A stretch of DNA of 64,000 nucleotides from a virus, in the IMG/VR virus record IMGVR_UViG_3300032304_002285, positions 1-64,000 of that record, one strand, 5' to 3'. A model generated the notes under the pieces. It worked only from the letters and a program-made list of their open reading frames with translations. It searched no databases and had not been told where the DNA came from. The first letter of the stretch is position 1; the number at the start of each line of letters is the position of its first letter. The position numbers and the translations under genes are program-made. Below are positions 48,738 through 59,704 of this stretch, piece after piece.

Positions 48738-49611
48738 GGGGGTCCTGGGGGAGGGGTGAAAGCCTCTCCCTTTTTGATTCAAGAGGAGATTGAGATGAAG
48801 AGACGTGATGCTGAGCAGTTGGCCTTGCTTGCGGCGAAGGGTGGCGGGGAAACCTTGTATGTGGTTTCCTTTGACATGGGTGCTGGGAAGGAGTACGGGA
48901 TATCGACTAAGGTAGGGATTGAGGCTGAGGAGTTTGTGAAGTGTGCGGGGAAGGTTGAGGCTGAGGTTCCGGCTTCAGGGGACATTGTTTGGTTTTAAGA
49001 TGGAGGGAAGTGGAGATGGAGGCGATTCATGTTTTGAAGGCTATGCTGCTGTGTCTTGGGATTACCATGATGATCATTGATGGGATTCGGTTGTATTCGG
49101 AACAGAAGATCATGCCATGTATTCATGGGTTGATTTGGGGTTTGTTTTATCTTCTTTAAGATGGAGGGAAGTGGAGATGAGCAGGGATCAAGCTTTTGCT
49201 GAGTTTTGCCGGAAAGCTACTGACAAGCAGTTATTGAACATTATCCAGAAGGAACATGTGTTGGGGCATCATATTGATCGGGATCTTGCTGAGGCTGAGG
49301 CAGATAAGCGGGGGTTCAGCGGGGTTGATATCAAGAAGGCTCGGAAGCAAGGGAGTGGAAAATAAGGAGGATTAAGGGGAAATGATTATGGCTGATTATT
49401 ATCCAAAGTATTATGTGAAGGACACTCCTTGTTATCCTTGTCGTTGGAAGGTTACGGATCAGTGGGATTCGAGTAATGCGACTCACTTGTATCATCGGAC
49501 TGAGTTAGAGGCTCAGATTGAAGCTGACAGGAAGAATGCTGAGGTTGAGAAGGAGAAGGAACTCCTAGCCAAGGAAAATCTAAAGAACCAGAAAAGTATT
49601 TTATAAGATCT

Positions 49612-49648
49612 TTGGATTTTCCTCTCCTCCTGGTAATAGATAGATGTA
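49612..49648 (+). promoter_or_regulatory. Conserved phage promoter
   Basis: TTGGATTTT-N11-GGTAATAGATAGATGTA. Confidence 0.8.
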
Positions 49649-50459
49649 AGATGAATCAACCAAGGAGTGAGAGATGAGTGATCTTCTTAAAAAGATTTTG
49701 GCTGAAACCCCCTGGATTGCCAGTGAGGGGGAGATGGTTCAGAAGGCGATGGATGGGTTGAAGGAGTTGTCCGAGAGTCAAGAGCGGAAAGAAGATGACA
49801 TTGATTTCGCTGAGATTCTGGTGAAGGATATGGAGGCTGCACTGGAGCAAGCCCGGAAATATCGGGACATTGTTGCTGGTAAGCTGGTCAAATGATGTTG
49901 GGGATTTAATTGTCAGGAGGGGTGAGAGATGAAGGTTCAAAAGAGTCTGCAAGAGAAGCTGGCTGCGGCGAAGGCTCGGGTTGAGAAGTTGGAGAAGGAG
50001 TATGGTGAGTCGTTTGCCGGGAGTCATGAGGCGGCGATGCTTCGGGATAGCCTGAAGCAAGCCAAGTGTGATGTTGGGTCCTGGGAGTGGGAGATTGAGG
50101 AACAGGAACTTCTGAAGCAGGGTTGAGCAGGAGAGAGTGAGTCAACTGAGAGTAAGGAGATTGAGATCATGGCGAATTTCCAAGAGGCTTATGAGAAAGC
50201 CAAGATGCTGTTGGCTGAGGGGAAGCCGGTGTTTGCCGTGGCGTATGATCCTTGGAATCGTGAGGAGAGGAAGAAGCCGTTGGTGGAACGGTTTCGGTAT
50301 CAGATTAAGACCTTGGCGAAGGGGTGCAATGGTCCGGTGAAGTTTCGTGAGATGGGGAACAACATTGGTCCTCTTTGGCGATTGGTTGACGTTTTCGTTG
50401 ATGCAGAGGGGAATGAGCTTTGATTCTCTAGGGGAGTCAAAAAACATTTTGTAAAAGCT

Positions 50460-50496
50460 TTGGATTTTGGAGGGTTCCAGGTAATAGATAGATGTA
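50460..50496 (+). promoter_or_regulatory. Conserved phage promoter
   Basis: TTGGATTTT-N11-GGTAATAGATAGATGTA. Confidence 0.8.
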
Positions 50497-51028
50497 GGTG
50501 AGAGAGTGAACCAATCAAGGAGTAAGCGATGAAGGTCAAGAAGAGTCTCCCCGCCCCGATGGTCCAGGCCATTCAGGATTACATTAGCTGGGGCAACGTC
50601 AAGGATGCCAAGGGTGCCTTTGAGCGGGAGAAGCTTCTTGCCAGTATGAAGGGCATGGGGATGAGCTTCGGGGCTATGGAGTTGGTGAAGTGTTCCTCCA
50701 ATGCCAAGAATGCGATTGCTTCCCTGATGGCTTTCCCCCGGAACAACGTCATTGTTCCTGATTGAGTTGAACTGATCAAGAGGAGATTGACTGATGGAAC
50801 CCAAGGCTTACCGGTTTGATGAGATGAAAGACAGTGAGCATTTCCGGTTTCCGAGTCTGGCATGTAAGCCTGGGGAATTCATGAAAGTGTGGCAGGGGGA
50901 GGCTGAGCAGGTTTTCCGGGATGAGAAGGGATTTGTGAGCAAGCTGAAGGTGGGAGTGAAGGTGGCTGATGATGAGATGGTGATTCCCTTGGATTTCTGG
51001 GGAAAATGAAAAGAATTAACTGAGAGCT

Positions 51029-51065
51029 TTGGATTTTCCAGGCTTTCGGGTAATAGATAGATGTA
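51029..51065 (+). promoter_or_regulatory. Conserved phage promoter
   Basis: TTGGATTTT-N11-GGTAATAGATAGATGTA. Confidence 0.8.
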
Positions 51066-51102
51066 GGAATTGAGTCAACTGAGAACAAAGGAGACTGGCA
51101 AA

Positions 51103-52170
51103 ATGGAAGAAGTTAAATTCGGTGTGAATCTGTGGTGGATGGTCCCCGGCTTCAATGCTCCTGCTGAGAAGGTGCAGGCGTTGCTGGAGAAGTACGGGTT
51201 TGACAAGGAAGACATCAAGGAACCCAGTGATCGGGTTGAAGTGAGCCGTGCGGTTCGGAGCTTTCAGAATCGTCGGACCAAGGATGAGCGGCGTTTGGCT
51301 GAGATTGCCAAGACCCATGTGGATAAAGTCGTTTACGGGATTCTTGATCGTGAGCAAGGGGAGGATGAGGTCAACTTTACGCAATCAACGACGATTGTGT
51401 ATGACAAGAACCATAATACGGTTCAGGTGAGTGGTTCACTGGCGAATGAGGTTTCGGCTCGTCTGGAGTTGATGAAGGATCAGATCAATGATGCTGATAT
51501 CCGTTACTTCCTCCGGAAAGTGGTGAAGATGTGCCATGGGGTGAGTAAGCGTCCCACGGGTGGGATTTACTTTGTCCCGGCTATGTTCGTCGGGATCATT
51601 GATCAGGCTCAGGGTTTCCTGGCTGAGCTTGGTGTTGGTGCCAAGCTGTATGTGGAACGGGTGATGGATGGGAAACAGGAACGTGAGATTGTGAAGGAAG
51701 CGGTTGAGGATGATCTGGATAAGCAATTGGAAGCGGTGATGAGTGGTGTTGATCGGATTGAGCGGCGGATTGGTGCTCTTCATAACTCCACTGCCAAGGT
51801 TGAAGAGCTTCGGGGGCTGATGCTGGTTTATCAGGATCTTCTCGGCAAAGAGGCGAAGTATGAGGAGATGACTGAGAAGCTTGACAAGGCTGTTCAAGTG
51901 ATCAGTGCCAAGATGGTTTCGCTTCAGGGGACTGCGATGATTCAGGGGACTGTGACTGAGGATTTCGGGACTGCTGTGGTTGAGGTTCTGAAGGGTTTTG
52001 TGGGTTCCCTGAGTATGCCTGAGATTGTGGATCAAGTGAAGGCTTTGGGGTTCACTGGTGAGGTTCCGGCGAATCTTGGTGGTTACTTCAACTATCGGGT
52101 TTCGACGGGGAGCTTGGTTCGGGTGAGCCGTGGGCAGTATGCTCTTCCGGTTGCTGCTCAACAAGTCTAA
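51103..52170 (+). CDS. Conserved phage protein (DUF6744-like)
   Basis: 'G.NLWW.V...P...EVSRAVR...R..GGIYFVP'; probable start 51103 after AAAGGAG; family name is from memory only. Confidence 0.5.
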   Translation: MEEVKFGVNLWWMVPGFNAPAEKVQALLEKYGFDKEDIKEPSDRVEVSRAVRSFQNRRTKDERRLAEIAKTHVDKVVYGILDREQGEDEVNFTQSTTIVYDKNHNTVQVSGSLANEVSARLELMKDQINDADIRYFLRKVVKMCHGVSKRPTGGIYFVPAMFVGIIDQAQGFLAELGVGAKLYVERVMDGKQEREIVKEAVEDDLDKQLEAVMSGVDRIERRIGALHNSTAKVEELRGLMLVYQDLLGKEAKYEEMTEKLDKAVQVISAKMVSLQGTAMIQGTVTEDFGTAVVEVLKGFVGSLSMPEIVDQVKALGFTGEVPANLGGYFNYRVSTGSLVRVSRGQYALPVAAQQV

Positions 52171-52659
52171 GGGTTGATGGGGGGTGAGGGGGTTGGGTAA
52201 AACCAACTCCCTCTTTTAATTAGAAAGGGATTGGGAAAATGCAGTATCGAATTAAGCAGAATCCGAAGCATGGGTTGTTTGAGTATATGGGTAGTGCATC
52301 TGATTGGAGTAACGCCATCATAAAGCGTGTTGTGGTTGTGTTACGTGATCCTGATGGTGATTTGGTGTGTATGGATAAGGAATTGTTTAAGGATAAGTTT
52401 GAGGGAGTGGAAGTCATGGCTGATTTGCCTCCTGGTTTTGTGAATCACAATTAAGGAGGGATAGGGTTTATGGTTAAGATTGAGGTGATCACAAGGAAGA
52501 CTGTTGAGGAGGCTCAGAAGGCTTCACATGAATTCATGAAAGAGAATTGGAATAAATTCATTTGGATGGATTATCCTCAGGCGTGTATGGACGATAAAGG
52601 GGATATGGCTCATCGGGTTACGGTTTACCTGAAGGACTAAGAGAGACAAGTCATGGGGG

Positions 52660-52710
52660 AAATCTGGCTAAGGGAAATACCTAAAAAGTATTCCTTAGCC
52701 AGATTTTTTG
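52660..52710 (+). terminator. Rho-independent terminator
   Basis: AAATCTGGCTAAGGGAATAC-like arm pairs with GTATTCCTTAGCCAGATTT, followed by Ts. Confidence 0.75.
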
Positions 52711-52796
52711 TTTTCCGGGGGTATAATTAAATGGATTTCTGTTTGTGTTGGGTGATATAGAAGAAGCGGGTATATAAAAAGAGAGGCAATAAGATC

Positions 52797-54692
52797 ATGG
52801 AACGTATTCAAGAGTTGGTTGAACAGATTACCTATCACACCGAAAAGTATTCTCAGGGAATCCCAGAGATTTCCGATGCTGAGTTTGATGTCCTAATTGA
52901 AGAGCTTAAAAATCTAGATCCTGAAAATGATGCTTTGAAATTACTTGGGAAGAATTTGGGATATGGGAAGAAGGTGAAGCATCCTCAGATGATGGGGAGT
53001 TTGAACAAGGCGAAGACTTGGGAAGAGCTATTGGAATGGGCTAAGGCGTGTGGACATAGGGGTGGAAGCTTTGTCTTGATGCCCAAGATTGATGGTTGTG
53101 CCATTCGTCTTGAGTATAAGGAAGGCGAATTGGTTCTTGCTGCTACTCGTGGGGATGGGAGTGAGGGACAGGATGTTACTGACAATGCAAAGATGATTAA
53201 TGGGATTCCTTGGATCATTAGTAATTTTACTGGTGAGATTCGTGGTGAAGTGTACATGAGGAAATCTGTGTGGGAGAAGATGGGCAGTGGTTCTAATCCC
53301 CGGAATTGTGCTGTTGGGTCTTTGTTGCAGAAGGACCCGAAGATTACTGGTGAGCGCAATCTAGACTTTTTGGTTTATGATATTAGACCTGAAGAGCAGA
53401 ATTTGTTTACGACTGAGTTTGGGAAATTGAATTTCTTTTCCAACATTGATTTGGATGTAGTTTCTCGGTATATCATTCCTGCTATGGATCAGGATTTCCA
53501 TGCAACCTTGATGGATTGGGAAAACAATTTGCGTCAGAAGTTGGATTATGAGATTGATGGGATGGTATTGGCGATTGATGATTTGGATGCACAAGAGTCC
53601 ATGGGTTGGGTTGGTAAATGTCCGAAGGGTAAGATTGCCTACAAGTTTAAGCCAGAGCAGAAGATTGCTGAGTTAATGTGTATTGATTGGCAGGTTGGTC
53701 GGACTGGTCGGGTTACTCCTGTTGCTGTAGTGAGTGCAACTCGTCTTGCTGGTACTACGGTAACGAGTGTGAGTTTACACAATGCTGCTGTTGTAGAGGA
53801 TTTGGATTTACGGATTGGTGATCGTCTTTTGATTGAGAAGGCTGGGGATATTATTCCTCAGTTGTCTCGTGTAGTTGAGAAGGCGAATCCTCCTGGTGAG
53901 AGTTTGCTGATTGAAATTTGTCCGGTTTGTGGTTACGAATTGAATTGGGATGGGAATGGTGTGAGTTTGTGGTGTAGCAATAGTAATTGTCCTGCCAAGT
54001 TGGAGAGGACGGTATTGCATTACCTGAGTACGATTGGGGTGATGGGTGTTGGTCCTGGGATTATTTCCAAGTTGTGTAAATCGAAGATGGTTCAATCAAT
54101 TACTGATTTGTATTTCTTGGAGCAGCAAGAATTGGTTGAGTTGTTGGGTGGGGAACGGAATGGTGAGAAAATTTACTTGGCGATTATGGAGAAGAATGAA
54201 ATTAATCTAGCTGTGTTTTTGGATGCATTGGGTATTGATGGCTTGGGAACAACTACATCCAAGGATATTGCCAAGAAGTTTAAGACTCTGGATGCTGTAA
54301 GGAAGGCTTCTACGTTGGAGTTTTTGGGGATTAATGGGATTGGTTCATTGAGTGCTCGAAAGATTTTTGATGGTTTGGTTGCTCAGAGTTTGATTATTGA
54401 TGGTTTGTTGAAGTGTATCGAGGTTAAGGATGTTGAGGAGATTGATGGTCCATTGAAGGGTAAGAGTTTTTGCATTACAGGGTCTTTGAGTAAGCAACGT
54501 AGTTTGGTAGAGTCTGACATTGCTGATGCTGGTGGGGAATGTAAATCGAGTGTTGGAAAGGGATTGTCTTACCTCGTGACGAATGACAAAACAGGTGGAT
54601 CAGCCAAGAACGTTAAGGCACAGAAATTGGGTACGGCTGTAATTGATGAAACGGATCTGTATGCAATGATTAATGGATTCAAGAAGGCATAA
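52797..54692 (+). CDS. ligA: NAD-dependent DNA ligase
   Basis: KIDG motif I, ATRGDG..G.DVT, EIRGEVY, NPRNCAVGSL, EIDGMV, IAYKF, QVGRTGRVTPVA, Zn finger, HhH, C-terminal BRCT. Confidence 0.97.
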   Translation: MERIQELVEQITYHTEKYSQGIPEISDAEFDVLIEELKNLDPENDALKLLGKNLGYGKKVKHPQMMGSLNKAKTWEELLEWAKACGHRGGSFVLMPKIDGCAIRLEYKEGELVLAATRGDGSEGQDVTDNAKMINGIPWIISNFTGEIRGEVYMRKSVWEKMGSGSNPRNCAVGSLLQKDPKITGERNLDFLVYDIRPEEQNLFTTEFGKLNFFSNIDLDVVSRYIIPAMDQDFHATLMDWENNLRQKLDYEIDGMVLAIDDLDAQESMGWVGKCPKGKIAYKFKPEQKIAELMCIDWQVGRTGRVTPVAVVSATRLAGTTVTSVSLHNAAVVEDLDLRIGDRLLIEKAGDIIPQLSRVVEKANPPGESLLIEICPVCGYELNWDGNGVSLWCSNSNCPAKLERTVLHYLSTIGVMGVGPGIISKLCKSKMVQSITDLYFLEQQELVELLGGERNGEKIYLAIMEKNEINLAVFLDALGIDGLGTTTSKDIAKKFKTLDAVRKASTLEFLGINGIGSLSARKIFDGLVAQSLIIDGLLKCIEVKDVEEIDGPLKGKSFCITGSLSKQRSLVESDIADAGGECKSSVGKGLSYLVTNDKTGGSAKNVKAQKLGTAVIDETDLYAMINGFKKA

Positions 54693-54695
54693 GAG

Positions 54696-54773
54696 GTTAA
54701 GCTGCAAGTTTTGGAAAGTTGATCTTAATTTGATTGATTTTCCTACCTATGTGGATAAACCAAAAAACCGTTA
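54696..54773 (+). repeat. 78-bp intergenic element, copy 3
   Basis: Same element; this copy contains TGTGGATAA (54750-54758), a perfect DnaA-box match. Confidence 0.9.
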
Positions 54774-54799
54774 GGTTTTAGGAAGGGATTGGGGGTGAG

Positions 54800-55303
54800 A
54801 TGTATATAAGGAAACTAGCTCCAGGCGTTGAGATTGATGGATTTTCGGTAGTTAAAAGTAATATGATATTGTATCGGGAGGTGATCAATGACGCTAATGT
54901 AGGTCCTTGGTGTATTTATCATCCTGATTCAATGGATATGACTCCTGCACAGACGAAGGAGGAGCTTGAGAGACATTTAACAGATAATTCAAATGGGATT
55001 GTTGAATTAACCCCTGGTGGTTGGGATGATCATTTATGGGATTGGGGACCAAGGGATCAGTTTTGGATTCCGAATGAGAAGGATTTGAAGGGGATTGAAG
55101 AGATTGAGGGACCAGTCTGGAAGCCAAAGATTAAACAGAGATATTACAGGTGTATCAATGCTCTTGGGATATCTGAATTGACGAAGGGGAAGATTTATCA
55201 GCCCAAGAATTGGAAAGATGATATGTTGCTGATTCTGAATGATGATGGTGATCTTGTGGAATATTTGACTGAGAGATTTGAAGCAGTGAATGATTACGAA
55301 TGA
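54800..55303 (+). CDS. Protein with a C-terminal DUF6501-like domain
   Basis: 'RCINALGISELTKGKIY...LNDDGDLVEYLTERF'. Confidence 0.65.
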   Translation: MYIRKLAPGVEIDGFSVVKSNMILYREVINDANVGPWCIYHPDSMDMTPAQTKEELERHLTDNSNGIVELTPGGWDDHLWDWGPRDQFWIPNEKDLKGIEEIEGPVWKPKIKQRYYRCINALGISELTKGKIYQPKNWKDDMLLILNDDGDLVEYLTERFEAVNDYE

Positions 55304-55372
55304 CAATGGGGAGTTGGAGGAGTATTTTTGGGAACGGTTTGATTTGGTATAAAGCAAGAAGGGAATTTGTTT

Positions 55373-56008
55373 ATGACTCCTCAAGAAATCAGGCAAGAAT
55401 TTGCTGCTCGGTTTATGGTACTTCAGAAGAAGCAACATGAGAACGATTATCTGAAATCAGAATTACAGAAAAGAATAGACAAAATCAGTGAATGTACAGA
55501 ATCTATTTTAACAGTTAGAGATGGATTAAGTTTTTTGTATTCCTTGGCGAATACAAGAAGAGGAGCAATGAAGGGTAAGATTGAGGATGTAGTGTCAGAA
55601 GCATTGCGGTTGATTTATGGTCCTGAGTATAAGGTAGAGCTTACCTATTCTGTAAAGAACAATAGATCTAGTTTATCAATTGAGATGGTACGGGATACTG
55701 CCAAGGGAGCAGTGAGGCGAGAGATAGGCGGGTTTGGAGGTGGAGTAGCGGATACGATTTCTGTTCCTATGCGGTTGATGGTTCTTTTAGGTGCTAAGCA
55801 GAATTCCAAGATCTGTGTATTGGATGAGTGTTATAAGCATGTTGATGGTGAGAGGATTGAATTGGTTGCTGAGTTTTTGAAAGCCTTATCGAGTAAACTA
55901 GGGATGCAGATATTGATGTGTACTCATCATGAGGTGATTAAGAGTAGGGCAGATAAGACATATTCGGTTGTAGAGGACAATGGGAAATCTACGGTAAGGG
56001 AGAGGTAA
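55373..56008 (+). CDS. C-terminal half of an SbcC/Rad50-type ABC ATPase
   Basis: Coiled coil, signature-like GGFGGG, Walker B ICVLDE, D-loop HVD, H-loop CTHH; no Walker A. Confidence 0.75.
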   Translation: MTPQEIRQEFAARFMVLQKKQHENDYLKSELQKRIDKISECTESILTVRDGLSFLYSLANTRRGAMKGKIEDVVSEALRLIYGPEYKVELTYSVKNNRSSLSIEMVRDTAKGAVRREIGGFGGGVADTISVPMRLMVLLGAKQNSKICVLDECYKHVDGERIELVAEFLKALSSKLGMQILMCTHHEVIKSRADKTYSVVEDNGKSTVRER

Positions 56009-56635
56009 GAGAAAAGAAGGCGGTATAATAGGTTGGATTTGAGAGAAGTATTTAAGGGAGACAATGAAAATGGCGAAGAAGAAGATTGCTCGTGTTATTG
56101 TTGCTGAGGAGAAGGTTGCTGGGATTGTAGATCGGGGTTTTGAGATTGATGTCAATCTTAAGAACTTCAAGGTTGAGGATGCAGGGATTAAGAAAGTGAT
56201 TACAGATGTTGCTGAGAGTCTTCTAGAGGAAGGGGAGACTAGTCTTTCTCTTAAGGGGGAAATGAGTACAGCGAATGTAGTTGCTGTTGAGAAATATGAG
56301 CTTGATTGTTTTGGTGAGTCATTTAAGGAAGTGAAGAATTCCCTGAATAAGGGATTGTATGATGGTGTAGTGAAAGAGCAATTGAGCCTTCTTGTCCCTC
56401 CTAATCGGATTTCGGATGCTTTTGCTTTGTTGGTAAAGGCTGGGATGTTGGATGTTTCGGTTGAGACTATGTATACTGTGAATCCTGAGGAGTATCGGGT
56501 TTACAGTCAATCGTCTCAGAATTCTAAGGAACGCCAAGAAGCTCAGAAGGCATTGAAGGGTTGTGTTTCTTGCAAGAAGAGTTTTCGTGTGAGTTTTGAG
56601 AAGAATTGAGAAATAAGGTAGAAAGAAAAAATATC

Positions 56636-57934
56636 ATGGCAAAGAAGAATGCGAATGAACAGGAATTGAGCTATAGCGGTTGTTATGGTTCACGTGTGGT
56701 TTACCATGAGATGCAACAATTTCTTGAAGATTGTTTCAAGATGAATCGTGTAGCTGAGAAGCATGGTACTGAGCGGTTTGCTGCTTGTATCTATGGGCAT
56801 GCTGGGATTGGTAAGACTCAATTGGTAAAGCAATTCAGGAAACGTCCTGTTGAGTTTGGTGGTGTTACTTATAGTGGGTATTCTGTGTATGACGTGCCAA
56901 TTGCTCAATTTGAGGAGATGGGTGATTTGCATGGATTGCCTGAGAAGCATGTATTGATGAAGAAGCAGGAAACGGTTGTTGGTGGATCTGCTGATGGCAC
57001 GGTTAAGGGAGTGAATGAGCAATGGGTTCCGATTGATATTGTGGAATCTTATAGAAAGCAGGGGTGGGAGCTTGATCATACTTTTGGGATTCGTACTATG
57101 TATGCTCCCCCTGATTGGGTTCCTTCAACTCCGGGTCCTTCGATTCTTCTACTTGATGATTGGAATCGTGCTAGCATTCGGATCATTAAGGGTATTATGC
57201 AATTGCTTCAGAATTACGGAATGGTGAGTTGGAAATTGCCTTCGGGTTGTAACATTGTTCTTACGGGTAATCCTGATGAACAAGATTACATGGTGACTTC
57301 CATTGACTCGGCAATTTTGACTCGTATTCGTTCTACTACATTGGTTCATGATGCCAGGGAATGGAGTATTTGGGCTACTGGTGCGGGTCTTGATCCTCGT
57401 GGTATCAATTGGGTTTTGGCTTATCCTGAGATGATGATTGGTAAAGAGCGGACTAATCCTCGGACTCTTTCTGAGTTTTTCCGGTTTTTGCCTGAGGTTC
57501 CGAATTTCCAGGATAAAAATTCTTTTCGGAGAATTGAGGTTCAAGCAAATTCTCTTCTTGATGAGGATACTGTTTCTAGCATGTTGGTATTTTTTGATCG
57601 TGATGTTGAATTGATTGTGGAACCTGAAGCTGTGCTTGCTGGTGATAGGAAAGCCTTTGAGCATATCAAGAAGGTTTTGACGAGAAAGGAAAAACGGATT
57701 GACATTGTGAGCATTACGATGGATCGGTTGTTTGCTCATATTGTTCAGCCGAATTGTAAGCCTGATAAAACAGCTATCAAGAATTTCCAAGATTTCGTAT
57801 GTATGTCTGAAATGGAAGAAGACATTCGGCATAACATTTGTATGCGGATTGGTCGGGTGAAGGATGGCGGTAAGACTCAACAGTGGATTCTTGGGAATGA
57901 TACTCTCAAGAAACTAATTCTTGAAGTGTTGTAA
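56636..57934 (+). CDS. Second MoxR-like AAA+ ATPase
   Basis: Walker A GHAGIGKT, Walker B LLLDDWNRA, 'VLTGNP', 'D.AILTR', 'TNPRT'. Confidence 0.85.
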   Translation: MAKKNANEQELSYSGCYGSRVVYHEMQQFLEDCFKMNRVAEKHGTERFAACIYGHAGIGKTQLVKQFRKRPVEFGGVTYSGYSVYDVPIAQFEEMGDLHGLPEKHVLMKKQETVVGGSADGTVKGVNEQWVPIDIVESYRKQGWELDHTFGIRTMYAPPDWVPSTPGPSILLLDDWNRASIRIIKGIMQLLQNYGMVSWKLPSGCNIVLTGNPDEQDYMVTSIDSAILTRIRSTTLVHDAREWSIWATGAGLDPRGINWVLAYPEMMIGKERTNPRTLSEFFRFLPEVPNFQDKNSFRRIEVQANSLLDEDTVSSMLVFFDRDVELIVEPEAVLAGDRKAFEHIKKVLTRKEKRIDIVSITMDRLFAHIVQPNCKPDKTAIKNFQDFVCMSEMEEDIRHNICMRIGRVKDGGKTQQWILGNDTLKKLILEVL

Positions 57935-59647
57935 GAAAAAGTTGATTTTCAATTACTTCCTTATTAGGGAGATAGGGAGGTAGGGGGGAAATATGACAAC
58001 TTATGACACAGACCAAGATTTAGTAATCGGCTATAGGGTTCAAGTAGGGTATCTTCTTCTTCCGAAGGCATTACCTGATAGAAGAGGAAAGACCCGAATC
58101 CGTAGATGGCTAGAGTTTGCAAAATGGGAAGAGATGAAGGAGTATAATATTTCCACAGAACAATATCATTGGGTTCCGAAGAAATGGTTGGATAGGTAAA
58201 GTCAGAGTAGTAAAATCTAAAAAATCCCAAGCTATAAAACATAGTCTTGGGATTTTCATTAAAGGGAGATAGAGATCATGGCAAAGTTTAAGGTTCCGGA
58301 ATTTGTGGTAAACGGTAAAGATGGCAATAAGGGTAAATGGCATTTGTTGGCGTCTAATGGGCTTTATGCCAATCAGGGAGTAACGGTTTGTAATCGCTAT
58401 GCTCCGGAATGGGAAAAGCTTCCTATTAGTGAAATAAAGGCTGAGTGTATTTGCCAGAAGTGTCTTGGTCCATTGAAGGTTGAGGATTGAGCTAATGGTA
58501 AAGAAAACAATCAGTGACTCTATAGCCGTAAGACCCATTCACCAAACTAAGGGTAAATGGCATTTGGTTTTTAAGGAAAATCAAAATGTTGTTTGTGGAG
58601 CTTGCTTCTCTAATAAAGAAACTAAGCCTCTTAAGGAACTAGATGTTACTGATTGTTGTCCCAAGTGTATGAGTGTGTTTAAATTTTAGGAGTAAATAAT
58701 TTTTATGGCTAGGGTGATTGTTCTTGGACAAGTGAAAGAAGGAAATCAGAAGGTTCAGCTTAGAGGAGTCTTTACCCAAAAGAAAAAACTATGGCAAGCA
58801 ATTGAAACGATTGCTGGACCCATTCAAGGCAAATTCATTTTAGATGATGTATCAGGGAAAGAGTATGATGCAACATATGCTAATCTCTGTAATCGGTTGA
58901 GATTGATTGGAAGGGCTACGCTCTTAGGACCTGATAAACAAAGAGAGTGTTTGATCATTGAAAGCATGCTGAATGAAATAAGGGATTGGGATACGGATGA
59001 GAACAACAATCCCAAGTTGAATCCAGTCAAGGGAAATGAAGATGACAAAGAAGGCGAGTGATTTAGAAATTGGGGATATGGTTATCAAGCATGATGGTAA
59101 TCATAGTGCAGGAACCATTATCTCAAAAATGGATGATCCTGAGAGAATCACAAAAACCTATTTCCTGGTAAGAAGTCCAGAAGGAGCTTGGACAATTTAT
59201 GGCGCATTAAAAAATACGCATTGTGAATTGTACCTGACAAGAAATATCCCTGAAGCAGTAATGAGGAAATTCTTGTTTGATGCTTTTGTCGGAGTAGATC
59301 TTGTTTACAATCCTGAATTACAGGAAAGAATTCCTCTATTAAATGTCCCTACCTATGAAACCAAAGCAAAACAAAAACGAGCAATAATTCCTAAGCCTGA
59401 AGAAACCAAAACTAAAAAGGCTTTATGGAGACAAGAGAAGGATGAGGATCAAGAGTTCACTGAGGATGAGGAACCAGAGAAGCCTATAGAGGCACTAGGA
59501 GAGACGAAGAAGACAGAGGGGGCTGAAGACCCACTACTAGAGGAACCGATTGAGGAACCTACCCCTGTAGAGAAGCCTATGGGGGAACCACTAGAGGAAA
59601 CCCAAGAAAAACTTTTACCTGAATTTTCTTTTATTTTTTAGCAATCG

Positions 59648-59677
59648 TTGGATTTTAATACCTGAAAAGTAATACAT
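59648..59677 (+). promoter_or_regulatory. Conserved phage promoter (variant)
   Basis: TTGGATTTT-N11-AGTAATACAT; similar variants at 3782, 4651 and 11387. Confidence 0.65.
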
Positions 59678-59704
59678 GCGAGAAGAAAAGGAGAAACTTC
59701 TCGT

